Shown in pieces: positions 47,600 to 59,800 of a stretch of DNA of 64,000 nt; position 1 is the first letter of the stretch; each line of letters opens with the position of its first letter. A program made the translations under genes and the position numbers. Origin of the DNA: Anthoceros angustus (taxonomy: Eukaryota > Plantae > Anthocerotophyta); the NCBI GenBank assembly GCA_010909165.1, contig VJWM01000324.1, forward strand, positions 1 to 64,000, given 5' to 3'. The notes below the pieces were generated by a model, which had not been told where the DNA came from, ran no database searches, and saw nothing but the letters and a program-made list of their open reading frames with translations.

Positions 47600-49590
47600 T
47601 GTGGGCCACGGACTCTCCCCTTGGGTAGGAAATGAGCTAGGTTTTGTTTTTTTTCGTAGGCGCGGAGTAGAAAATAAGGCGGAAAGGGAGACATAAGGTC
47701 GGGATACTCCGACGCACTTGAGTAGGCGAGAGGCTCGGATCGCACTCGAAGGGGCCCCGGACCGCACTCCGGAAGAGCTACGGACGACACTCCGGAGTGG
47801 ATATAGACTGCACTCCGGAGCGCACCGTGGTAAGTCCGAACTACACTCCGGAGGCGGATGATAATCGCCAAGTAAAGTAACTTAGGAGTCGGAGCGTATT
47901 TTAGGCAGACGAGGCCACGTGGACGGTACAGAGAGGTGAACGGGCATGCAGCGGACCAGGACCGTAGGGTTGCCAGTGGCGTTATCGGTATTCACGCTCC
48001 AGATGCAATGTATGCAAGGCTGACTGTGGCGTAAGCGGAGTATGTGGCGCGTAAGGCTAGAGTAAGCCATGCGGGCCTCTGACAGTTACGGGCAGCGAAG
48101 AGACGCCCCTCCGCCCAGCGGCTACTCTCGACGTCGCGGGCCGGAGCGAAGGTCATTCTTCCCAGTGACCTCGCGACGGTTTTCGCAGTCTCTTGCGCTC
48201 AGACACCCAGCTCTCTGGCGTTGTCTTTTCGAGCGCCCAGGCACTCTCGCACGCGGCTCACCCTCGTGGTTGGAGCGACCAACGCAGCGACAAGAGGGCA
48301 GAAGAGTGTTGAGCCACAACTGTGAACAATGAAAGAGCCTGACAATGGGACCCAAGAAGGCGGAAGTGTGGAGCCACAGCGCGTGGAGCGCAACATCATC
48401 ACCAAGCAATACCCGGGCTGGAGGAAGCGGAGGAGCTAGTGGAGCAATGGCACCTGGACATCTTCAGCGCGGTCTGGACGGAATTTGTCACTCTCGTCCG
48501 AGAGTACGCTCGGAAGATGTTGGCGGTCGCCAACAAGGAGGTTCGCTCCAAGAGCCTGAGGGAGGACCCCAGGAGGTGGACCGTGGAGGTCCTGAGGGCG
48601 GTTTACAACCGCCCAGTGGAAGAAATTGGGGGCGTAGTCCCGGAGCCCCTCAAGGTGAGGGGAAAGGTAGAGGCGGCGGGCGGCAATGTTGAGAACCCGA
48701 GGGGCTGCTTGATGTCCAGCTGGTTGATGTCGACTGGAGGGAGTGAGGCGTGGCCAAGGTCATTGTCCACCGAACATGCTCACCAAGGTGGATCACCTGG
48801 TAACAACCTTTTGTGTTCCTTCACGCTCTGCTAGGGAAGAGGGCCGGGGCGATCATCTTCGCCGGATCAACCAGAGGCGAAGCTACGGGCGAGAAGCCAC
48901 CTCGCCACTATCGCCCTTCCTCATCCATGTATGGGGACACCTCAACCTCAAGGAGGGAGGAGGAGGAGCCTTCCGAGGAAGTGGCGGCCTTGCAGGCGGA
49001 GCATGAAGGAGGGAAGGCGCCCGGGCGGAGGTCCGACCTCCTAAGGCCAAAGCAGGCCCGGGAGGATGACGATTGGGAAGGGATTCCGGATTCCATACCA
49101 TTGAACGGACCCCCTCGCCGCCCAGGAGGTATGGAAGATATTCCTGCCTCCCTTCTTTTGGTTCCGGCATGAGCTCCCCGTGCTTGGACGGAGCACCCAC
49201 AGGGAGAGAACTGGCGATTGCAGGCGCCCACACCAAGAACCCACCACGGCCCCAGTGAGCCTCGCCCGGACGGGAGAGTCATCAAGAGCCTAAGATGGCT
49301 CCCACCAAAGCGCCAAGGCGCACGGTTCCCTCTGCCTACCTACAGTGGCGGGAGGCGGAGGAAGCCGTAAGAAGGGCGGAGCGGATGCCGCCCAAGGCGC
49401 AGGGGCCACTAGCGAACCACACACGGGCCGATCTGCCTCCGGCAGGGAAGGCAAGCGAGCCGACTCGGGACCCCTCACCACCTCCGAGCCCCAAAGCGAA
49501 GCGGAGGAGAAGGAGTTGGGCCCCAAGGCCAAGGAGGTGGAAGGACGGACAGTACTCGGACACGAGGGTCCCGATCAGTCCCGAGAGGGC
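47600..49590 (-). mobile_element. Family X LTR-retroelement terminal region, copy 1 (carries a plus-strand ORF remnant)
   Basis: Starts TGTGGGCCACGGACTCTCCC inserted into copia RT; CTCCGGA repeats; fragmented ORF MGPKKAAEVWE..EQWHLDIFSAVWTEFVTLVREYARKML..SMYGDTST. Confidence 0.65.
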
Positions 49591-49780
49591 CTTAACACCG
49601 TACATTGACAAGAGAACGTCCGGTTGCATTTGGTGGTGGGTTGTGTCTTCCATGTCATTGCTAGCAATAATCAAATCGTCCACATAGCAATGATAATTAT
49701 GGATTCTCCCACTCTCTTCACATAGATATTCCAATCGGCATTGGTTTTCTTGAAACCTCTGAGGCATCAACCTTACGATC

Positions 49781-51770
49781 ATGGGCCACCGGACTCTCCC
49801 TTGGGTAGGAAATGAGCTAGGTTTTGTTTTTTTCGTAGGCGCGGAGTAGAAAATAAGGCGGAAAGGGAGACATAAGGTCGGGATACTCCGAACTGCACTT
49901 CGGAGTAGGCAGAGGGGCTCCGGATCGCACTCCGAAGGGGCCCCGGACCGCACTCCGGAAGAGCTACGGACGACACTCCGGAGTGGATATAGACTGCACT
50001 CCGGAGCGCACCGTGGTAAGTCCGAACTACACTCCGGAGCAGGACGGGATAAGTACGCCAAGTAAAGTAACTTAGGAGTCGGAGCGTATTTTAGGCAGAC
50101 GAGGCCACGTGGGCAGTGCAGAGGTGAGCGGGCATGCAGCCGGACCCGGGACCGTAGGGTTGCGGTGGCCGTTATGGGTGTATTCACGCTCCCAAGGTGC
50201 AGTGGCTAGAGGCCGCGGCGTGGGCGAGTATGTGGCGCGTAAGGCTGGGAAGTAAGCCATGCGGGCCTCGGCGATTCTGGCAGCGAAGACGCCCTCCTGG
50301 CCTCCTCACGTCGCGGGCCGGAGCGAAGGTCATTCTTCCCAGTGACCTCGCGGCGGTTTTCGCGATCTCTGCGCTCGGACACCCAACTCTGGCGTTGTCT
50401 TTTGAGCGCCTTGCACTCTCGCACGCGGCTCACCCTCGTGGTTGGAGCGACCAACGCAGCGACAAGAGGGCAGAAGAGTGTTGAGCCACAACTTCCAACA
50501 GCGGAGCGGAAAGAGCGCGGCAATGGGACCCAAGAAGGCGGCGGAAGTGTGGGAGCCCTGGCGCTTGGTGGAGCGCAACATCATCACCAAGCAATACCCG
50601 GGCTGGAGGAAGCGGAGGAGCTAGTGGAGCAATGGCACCTGGACATCTTCAGCCGCGATGCGCGTTTGACGGCGTCACTCTCGTCGAGGAAACGCTCGGA
50701 AGATGTTGGCAGTCGCCAACAAGGAGGTTTGCTCCAAGAGCCCGAGGAGGACCCGGAGGTGTGGAGGTCTAAGGCGGTTTACAACCGCCCTGGAAAAATT
50801 GCGTAGTCCGGGCCCCTCAAGGTGAGGGAAAGGTAAAGGCGGCGGGCGGCAATGTTGAGGCAGGGGCCAGCGGTGGGTCAGCAATGGTTGATGTCGACTG
50901 CTTTGGACGGTGAGTGAGGCGATGGCCAAGGTCATTGTCCTGGAACATGCTCACCAAGGTGGATCACCTTAGTAACAACCTTTTGTGTTCCTTCACGCCT
51001 CTGACGGGAAGAGGGCCGGTGAGGCAGATCATCTTCGCCGGATCAACCAGAGGCGAAGCTACGGGCGAGAAGCCACCTCGCCACTATCGCCCTTCCTCAT
51101 CCATGTATGGGGACACCTCAACCTCAAGGAGGAGGAGGAGGAGCCTTCCGAGGAAGTGGCGGCCTTGCAGGCGGAGCATGAAGGAGGGAAGGCGCCCGGG
51201 CGGAGGTCCGACCTCCTAAGGCCAAAGCAGGCCCGGGAGGATGACGATTGGGAAGGGATTCCGGATTCCATACCATTGAACGGACCCCCTCGCCGCCCAG
51301 GAGGTATGGAAGATATTCCTGCCTCCCTTCTTTTGGTTCCGGCATGAGCTCCCCGTGCTTGGACGGAGCACCCACAGGGAGAGAACTGGCGATTGCAGGC
51401 GCCCACACCAAGAACCCACCACGGCCCCAGTGAGCCTCGCCCGGACGGGAGAGTCATCAAGAGCCTAAGATGGCTCCCACCAAAGCGCCAAGGCGCACGG
51501 TTCCCTCTGCCTACCTACAGTGGCGGGAGGCGGAGGAAGCCGTAAGAAGGGCGGAGCGGATGCCGCCCAAGGCGCAGGGGCCACTAGCGAACCACACACG
51601 GGCCGATCTGCCTCCGGCAGGGAAGGCAAGCGAGCCGACTCGGGACCCCTCACCACCTCCGAGCCCCAAACGAAGACAGGAGGAGAAGGAGTTAGCGGCC
51701 CAACGGGCCAAGGAGGTGGAAGGACCGGACCAGGGTACTCAGGACCTGAGGGTCCTGATCAGGTCCGGAG
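49781..51770 (-). mobile_element. Family X terminal region, copy 2 (tandem duplicate of copy 1)
   Basis: Near-identical to 47600-49590 (e.g. ORFs 48813-49172 and 50985-51347). Confidence 0.7.
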
Positions 51771-52692
51771 AGGGCCTTAACACCGTACATTCGAACAGTA
51801 GAACGTCCGGTTGCATTTGACTGGTGGGTTGTGTCTTCCATGTCTGTAGTGTGCCAACACTTGCCTTGAGTGGGGTGCCCTACCTGAGAACTTCAAGGAG
51901 CACATATTCAAGGCCAGAGCTTGGAAGCAGATGGAGGAGTCGCGTGCCTTGAAATCGACCACATCGAGGATAAGTCGATGACCATCGTGAACGACTCCAA
52001 GCCAGAAAAACCTAGCAAGGTCGGGATACTGTGTGGCAACATAGTGAACATGGCCCGGTTTGTAGAGCCTCGACCGTATGCTTTGCTGTTGTTAGACCTC
52101 CCTAGAGGCTTGGATCTAGATCCCCAATCACGAGAGTATGACACAAGATTTACCAAGGCAGAGTTTGAAGGGGTCATCATGCAGTTCAAAGGCATCACCA
52201 CATCCCAAGTATTTTGTATTGTGGTCTTCCATTCTCCGGATGACACATCTATGGTGAGAGAAGTGCTGATGGAAGCGTGCAGGGGTGCTGTGACGACATG
52301 TTACTGGCATAAAACCAATGTGACAGCATTGTCAGAGGACAGGCTGTACGATGCAGGGGACTTTTTCACTTGCGCCGTAGGGAGCTTGGATAAGGATTGT
52401 GTGCCTCAACCGTTTGTACTCAGAGAACCGACGCAACTTGGCGGTGGAGTGACAACTTTGTTTGCCGAGCGAGCAGTGGAACTAAAATTGTGTTACAACA
52501 CTGCAGATGATCGGGTTGTTTCCCCCTATCAGAGGCCCCTAAGACTCTTGAAGAGGTTGATTCATGTATCTGATGAGGAGATTGGGTCTTTGGGAGTGCG
52601 AGGATCGGGATCGGTATGATAGCAGCTGTTTAGTTATGCCGTAATGTCATTTCTGTTGATGTGGATCCAGTGCGCTCAATTCATGGATCTTG
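51771..52692 (+). pseudogene. Beta-class N4-cytosine/N6-adenine DNA methyltransferase (N6_N4_Mtase-like), 5'-truncated and frameshifted
   Basis: ORF 51921-52619 shows ILCGNI (motif X), LLLDLPRG (motif IV position, DPPY/DLPY-like, 52095-52109), YD, CYWHK (52299-52313), SPYQRPLRLLKRLI (HPxQKP..Ll.rLI-like, 52521-52562). It then shows GDWV (52577, shifted frame), GSGS(G)MIAA (motif I) and LCRNVISVDVD (motif II). The order IV-then-I is the beta-class permutation. Confidence 0.78.
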
Positions 52693-52739
52693 AATCAATT
52701 CCATGGACGGTGGTTAAGAGGAGGAGGTAGGCGAGGAGC

Positions 52740-54050
52740 CAGCTATGGAGGCGGAAAGATGTTCAATAAGGAGCCCATGGTGAACAACATGGTGGTGCCG
52801 GGTTCATATGTGTCGTTGAGCGAGACCAACGAGGAAGCCTGAGACCAAAGGTCATATGGCATGTGGTGAAGCAGCTGCAGGCGACAACCCAATGGTCCTT
52901 GGGGATGCGGAGCAGCAAGTGAAGGATGCAGAAGAGCCCCCTCATGCGGGTTGGCTTGACAGCCAAATGGTGGGGGATGTAGGATTGGAAAACTTTGCTC
53001 CACAGATCGAGGTGTGTCGTGCAGACAGTGGATAGGCTGCGTGTTTGTTTCGAGGATTCTGGTAGGAGGAACGGTGTGGTCTTAAAGCCGGACGGTAGGT
53101 GTGGTAGCACTTTTTAACGTGCATGCATGCGGGCTATGAACACAACAAACACATCGGTGACAGGTCCACAGGCGAGACCTAGACAACCAACACGGTGCTG
53201 GTGGAGCACGCAAGCCAGAAGCATGGGAGTCTGTTGCTGCACAGTCAGGCAAGGTATGGATTTCACAGAAACAATGGACCGATTTCACAGAAGCGCATGC
53301 GGCGTCCACTCGTACAGACAGAGTAGAACAATACAATCACCAAACTGTTCTAATCCTCCTGCTAGGGAAGAGTGTGTATGCGGTACACACATGTAACAGT
53401 ATGACTTTCTCCAATTTTATCCTTGACCACCACTAAGAACACCTGGACATGTCAGGTGCTCCTTTGCCCTCCACACCATTCACACTGCTCCAACCCCAGT
53501 AGTGGAATCCAGAAGCAGGTCAACATGTTGCAATAGTATCACGGTTTATGCGCACTCGCCTCAACCGCCCTAAGGACCAAGCAATGAAGCAAGCGGGATC
53601 ACTCGGCGTGCTTGGAACATGTTGTCCATTGCCAGCAGCCTACGTCAACCAATTCCATCGCCCATGTGGAATTCTCGTTTGATGGTCGGTGTCGAGGTGG
53701 GGTCTCCATCGCATGCAAATATTCCGGTGGCAAGCCACTTCAAGCGATTAGCGACCGTCGCTCTGCAGTGTCTGAACATGGCGGTAGGCGGCGATCCAAA
53801 ATCTTCCTCCACTCCGCGCCATTTGTGGGCGAGATGCAAGGTTTATGCGCAGGCGTCCGGTGCCACCACGACCCTCCCCACTAATGTAGAGGGTGACCAT
53901 GACGGTGGACACCGACTCAACACATGTGGACTTTCCATTGCGCGTTTGCATTTTTGTTGTCCATACAAAGTTGCCCTGATTTTCAAAAACTGCGTTTATA
54001 TATAATGTACCCCGCTGGTTAGCTAAAGTAATATGAGATGAGGACATACA
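52740..54050 (-). mobile_element. Degenerate CACTA/En-Spm (Tnp2/Transposase_21-like) transposase remnant
   Basis: Across shifting frames: WWHR...ISPTNGAEWRKILD (53868-53794; cf. WH....hP.DG.aW), LATGIFACDGDP (53734-53699; cf. l.lglatDG), NSTWAMEL (cf. yStWpv), VIPLASLLGP (53602-53573), VFLVVVKD, IARMHA (53134-53120; cf. D.MH). Multiple stops; no TIRs recognised. Confidence 0.55.
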
Positions 54051-54189
54051 AATATGGTAAAACAGATCTCTCTATCATTTGCTCCTAGGTTCAGGGGGTT
54101 TTTTTTTTAGATGGAATCATGAAAACATGGTTTTGGATGGTTTTTGTATACCTTTCGACTCTGTGTACACCCTTCCAACTAGTGACCTG

Positions 54190-54887
54190 GAGCCGTCACC
54201 AGTCCTAAGCAGACCTTGTTTTCTCAAGATTGGTTGTCTCTCTCGAATACTTTGAGCTTCCTCTTCTTCGTCAATTACGACAATGCTTTGATCTTCGTCT
54301 ACTTCTCCAATCGCGACATCAGGAATTTCCCTTTCTCCCCCCTCTATGTCGCAGTGTTGAGAAGGTGCGTTGGGCTAAGGAACAAGTTGCTCAAGAGTGT
54401 CATCATACTCAGAATCCTCATCAGGGTTGCCAACATACGCCGTCGGATCCTTCATGATAACCACTGGGGTTGGAGCTCCCACTCCTTTGCTAGGTTCCAC
54501 AACCTCATTAAATACAACGTCCCTGCTTAAAATGATCTTCTTCCTTGAAAGATCATACAACCTGTGAGCCATAATCTCGAGAGTACCCAAGCATAAGGCA
54601 CTTCACGCCTTTTGGATCCCATTTTGTTCGGGTTTGCTTCGGAACGTGAGCATAAACCACTGAACTAAAGATCCTCGAATGGCTTATGTCGACGCTGGGA
54701 CCACGCTTCCTCCGGTCATTCCAACAATAGCTTTGGTTGGATCTCGATTCAAAACATAGGTTCTTGTAACAACGACCTCAAAAGCATGCTTCCAAGCCAC
54801 TATGATGTAACATGCATTTAGCTGCCTCCACCAGACTCCTAAGTTTGCGCTCCGCCACTCCATTTTGCTCCGATGTGTGAAGGATGG
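54190..54887 (-). mobile_element. Ty1/copia integrase C-terminal part and linker
   Basis: EQNGVAERK, YVLNR.P, VYAHVPKQTRTKWDPK..KC..LGY, RLYDLSRKKIILSRDVVFNE; interrupted at 54888 by family X. Confidence 0.88.
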
Positions 54888-56880
54888 TGTGGACCACGGA
54901 CTCTCCCTTTAGGTAGGAAATGGGTCAGGTTTTTTTTGTTTTTCGTAGGCGTGGAGCAGGAAATAAGGTGGAAAGGAAGAAATAAGTCCGGAATACTCCG
55001 GACTGCACTTCGGAGTAGGCTGAAGGACTCCGGAGCATACTCCGGAGGAGCTACGGACTACACTCTGAAAGAGGGGGTCCGGACCACACTCCGAGTCTTG
55101 AGGTGAGATTCGGACCACACTCAGGAGGCGGAGGATAAATCGCCAAGTAAAGTAACTTAGGAGTCGGGCGTGTTTTAGGCAGCAGCCACGTGGGCCAATC
55201 GAGAGGTGGGCGGGCATGCGGCCAGGACCATAGGGTTGCTAGTGGCCGTTATAGCGGTATTCACGCTCAGTGCAGTGTGGCGTAAGGCTAAATGCAGCGG
55301 CGTAAGGCGAGTAAGCGGCGTAAGGTGGGAGTAAGCCATATGAGCCTCTACTTGATTCACGGGCGTGAGCCGCCCGCAACATGGCGGTTACTCTCGTAGT
55401 GGACGGGGCGGAGTCATTCTTTCAAGCAACCTCGCGGTTCGCACTCCCTCGCTCGAGACACCCGGCTCTACGGCGTTGTCTTTCGGCGCTCATGCACCCC
55501 TCACGTGGCTCGACTTTGCGGTTGGGCGGTAGCGATGGCGAGCGAGATTGTTGAGCCTCAAGCCCCACCGGTGAACAAGAGGAGCGGTGATGGGACCCAA
55601 GAAAGCGGCGGAGGTGTGGGAGCCATGGCGCTTGGTGGGCGCAACATCGTCCTGGCGCTACCGGACTTGGTCCTTGGCTAGAAGGCGGAGGAGGCGGGTG
55701 GAGGAATGACACTGGATATTTCAGTATGGACCTCTCGGCATGTAGCATCTGAGGAATGCCTTGGGAAGATGTTGGCGGCCAACAAGGAGGTCCGTTCAAG
55801 GACTGGGGAACCCAGGGAGGTGGGCCGTGGAGGTCCAGGCGGTCTCAACCGCCCGGAGGAAATAGGGGAGTGGTTGGGCCACAGTGAAGGGAAGGTGGAG
55901 GCGGGCGGCCTTCTTGTGAGACACAGCGACCCTCAGCGGGTGGGCGATGTCGGACCTCACAGGGGAGGGCAGATCGATGGCGAAGATCGCCGTCCCTTTG
56001 GAATATGCTCACCAAGGTGGACCACCTTACGGATAATCTGCTGGTGTTCCTTCACGACCCTACGGAAGGGAAGGTGGAGGCGGGCGGGATAATCTTCACC
56101 GAATCAACCAAGAGGCCCGGAAGCTGAGAAGCGAGAAGCCACCCCCGTCGGCGTTGTCGCCGTTCATCATCCATGTGTGGGGGCACATGAACCTCTTGAA
56201 GGAGGGAAGAGGAGGCGGAGAAGAGGCGCCGCCCAGGCGGAGAGAGAAGGGCCGACGCAGGGAGGCGAGGCCCTCGATCGAGCAAGCGGAGAAGGCGGAG
56301 GAGGACAATGAGGAGGTTTCGGACTCTATCGTCAGAAGCGGACCCTACGCCACCGGGGAAGTGTGGAAGACATTCGCTTCTCCTCTTGGTTCCCCACTGG
56401 AGCACCGGCGAGGAAGAGGCCCGTACGGGGCCAGGAGGCGTGATGCCCAGTCGGCGGCGACGCCGGCCAACTGCGGCGCCCCGTTACTGGACTCAACGAG
56501 GAAGCAAGAGGCGGAAGCGGCGCCACCAACGCGGCGCCCGGTGGCGCCCGTGCCTTGCTACCAAGGGTGGCGAGGCGAGGAGGCGTGCGGAGGCGGAAAG
56601 GGCCTGCCCGAGGCGGGAGGGCACGGCGGCCCCACCACAGGCCCGTCCACATCACAGGCCAGGAGAGCAGAGGGCCAACTCCGGACCCTTCACCACCTCC
56701 GAGCCCCAAGCGGAGAAGGCGGAGAAGGAGCTAGCGCCAAGAGGGCCAAGAGGTAGAGGCTCGGGACCGAGCGGATCAAGCCAGTCAGGACTCCTCGGGC
56801 TGCGGTAAGCGGTCCTTGACGGACCGGGAGATGCCTGCTCCCACAGCGGACTTTCTAGGTATCTCCCTAGCGGCGACCGT
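54888..56880 (-). mobile_element. Family X terminal region, copy 3 (more diverged)
   Basis: Starts TGTGGACCACGGACTCTCCC; collinear with 47600-49590 including ATGGGACCCAAGAAAGCGGCGG and CTCACCAAGGTGGA. Confidence 0.7.
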
Positions 56881-56889
56881 GGAAGAAAC

Positions 56890-59800
56890 ACGGCGGGTTT
56901 TGGCTGCTGTGCGCGACTTTTGGTGGCCGGGTAGCGCACAATCCGTGTCGTTGTAGGAAGAGTCGTTCCCAAGGGAATAGCGGAGCTCCGTTTGCGCGTT
57001 CGAGCGTTATCTCACTTTGCGTCCGTTCGGTCCAGCGCACACATTCATCGATTCGTCTAACTACTGCGCGTTCACGCCGGGCCGGTGTGGCCAAGCGTTT
57101 AAGGACCCGTTCGTCCGTATCGTTCACGTTCGTCACTCGCACCTCGTCCGTTCCTCTCTCCACTCACTACACTTATCGGTCTTAGGGAAGGCGGGTTACA
57201 GTCCGGACCTCCTCCGTCGTTCGGCCTCTCGTCCGGGCTCTGCCGCCCTCCCGAGTCCCTCGGCTCACACGTTCCGGTCCGTTTTGGGCGCGGCTGAGCA
57301 GGCGGATCCCAGTCACCTCCCACACACACCACAACACGTTAGGTCCGTCACGGGACCACCGATCAATCTCTCGGGTGTGTGCACCTTTCGGTGACTCGGG
57401 ACTCACGTTAGCAGAAGACACAAGGTGCAGAGCAGCATCAACACCAAGAGAAAGATGATTTATTGAGGCGGACCCCTCTTATACTACGCCCAAGTCGGCG
57501 TCTTTATTACACCTAATGCGGTGATGGCCATTTCGGTATACTAATCGACGCCTACCATCCTATTCCCCTATCTCCTTCGGCGGTGTGGGGTGGGAAGGTC
57601 CGGGTTCGCCTTGGGATTGGTGGTCCAATCTCCCGTCACGATTCTGGCGCCCAATCGGATGATCCGGTGGCGGACCCTCCTCTCCGGAATCACAGCCGGG
57701 TTGGGCTCTGCGGTCGGCGGTACCGTTACGTCGTCATCCTCCAGCCTCCCGTGGGTCCCCTCACGGTGGGGCCACGGCTATCTGCTCCCCTAAGCGTAAG
57801 TCGAAGGGGCTCCTCCTTCTTGCGAGTCAGGACCTCGAGGTCCGGTCTCGACTCCGGTCTCGACTCCGGTCAGTCTTATTTCTGAGTCAGGTCTGGTCGG
57901 CCTCGTCTGGGGTTCGGACCTCGGGGTCCGAACTTATTTAGTCCGGTCCCCAAGCTCGGACCCCTTATACCTCGGTCTTGCTGGGTCCTCATCCCTACAG
58001 ACCCTTGTCTTGGGTCGGGTTGGCTCCTCATACTGCGCCCCTTTGGGGTCACCTCCTTCTCCGGCGGGTTGCGGTGAACTTACCACAGGGTTGCGTCGTC
58101 TCGCTCCTCTTGAGGCTCTTCTCCCCAGCCGTCGTCTCCAAGCAGGGCCACTAGAGTCCCGTCTTTGTCCCCATGCCCTTCTTCCCCTCGGCCTTCCGAG
58201 TCCAGTCTGGTGAGAGGGGCTCTCACGGGGCTCGGCGTGGTAATAGGCAAAGTCCGAATCCACTTGTTGGATTGCCTCTTCCACGTGTGCGGAGCACCGT
58301 ACTCCCCGCCGCCATAGGTGCTCGGGGAGGCGTCTTTGCCCGACTTGTTGGACCACCTCCCCCCGGGTTTGATAGGCGGGCGGGCTGCTTCACGCGAGGC
58401 TGCCTCGGTCACCTCCGCGCTGTTGCTCCACTGCTCCAACTCCGTCGCTTCGCTCGGCGCGGCTTACCGGCCATAGCGTTCCCTTCCGCCTTCCTCAAGG
58501 ACCCGGCTTCTTATGCTTCCGGTGCTCGCTTCTCCGTCCATTACGGTATCTCGCCATCTCCCTCTCAGACGGTCGGGCCGCCTCTGCTGCGGGCTTCGCC
58601 AGCCCTTCTCCATCTCGGCGGCGTCCTGCTCCTGTTCCGCCGCCGTCTGCCTCGTCATAGCAGGAGCCGCTCTATTTCGTTCGTTCGCGACCCGTCTGAG
58701 ACTACCATTCCTCTCAATGGTAGTTTGGGCTGACTCAAGGTCTCCTTGCGGTCTTCCATCTCCTGCTTGCTCCACCTCCGGTGAGTCAGGAGATCCTCCA
58801 TCTCCTTGTCGCGAGCTTCACAGGCTGGGCAGTGGCGCTTGCTCCGCCGCCTCCTGCTCCATCTTGAGGCTGGGCGCTCTATCTCCTCGAAGTCTTGGAC
58901 TCTCTGTTGAGAACCCCTTGCTGCTCCAGCGTCTTGGGTTGTAACTCCAAGGTGTCCTTCTTTGTCCTCCGGCTCCGCCTCCCTTCTACCTCCTGCACAG
59001 GTCCCGATTTCCGGGTCTGGCCTCAGTGTTTACCTGCCTCTTGCTGCTCTTGCTGCTCGGTCTTGATTGGCGCGCTGCAGTAGCCTCCCTCCACGGTTCG
59101 ATCACATGGTAGTGATCGCGGTCGGCCTGGCTTCGCCTCCTGGCCACCTTCACAGGCTTCTCCGGCTTGGCTCTGGTCTGGTCGGGCCGCCTCCGTCCGA
59201 GCCCTCTGCTTGCCGGGCCTCTTAGCCTCTGCTGCGCTACCCTCTCACTGCGAGGTCCTCGGCCTTGGGCCTCCTTAGCACTTTGCTCCTCCAGGGTGAA
59301 GAATTTAGTCCGGTCCTTGCGAATGGACGGACTTCCCCTCTCGGCCTCCGGCGTTTCCCTTCCTCAATTCGGCCGAGCTTGGCCTTCCTCCCTCCTGGGC
59401 CCCTCAAGCTGCTCACTGGAGGAGTACCCATCTCGGGTGGCTTCTACCTCACAGGTCTTCTCGGCCATCCATGAGACCCCAAAGCATCATCCATGGCGTA
59501 GTGAGTGGACCAGTGTTTCTTCCAGCCCTTGTGAGGCTCCCACAAAGTCCGTAGTGGGAGGCATTCATGATCATGAGGACCTCCATACTGCATGATCCGG
59601 AGTAAGTCGGTGGGTTCTCGGACCTAATCGGGACCCTTAGGTCTGAGTCTTTGCTCAGGGCTTCACCCTCCTTGGCCCTTTTGGCGCGAGCTCCTTCTCG
59701 CCCTTTTTCTCACAGGGCTCGGAGGAGGTGAGGGGTCGGGAGCAAGCCCTTTTGCCTCTTCACAGCCGGAGGCAGGGACTCAGTGCAGGCTGCCGGTGAC

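Larger units (their letters stand above)
47452..51844. repeat. Tandem duplication of a ~2.19-kb composite unit
   Basis: TTCCATGTC at 47452, 49648 and 51836 bounds two copies of [copia RT fragment + LTR-like family X + start of the MTase-bearing segment]; the copies differ mainly by short indels. Confidence 0.9.

Noticed and set aside
51771-52692. MTase as part of a DIRS retroelement
   Set aside because: No tyrosine recombinase or DIRS RT nearby, and the motif order is beta-class rather than the Dam-like domain known from DIRS.
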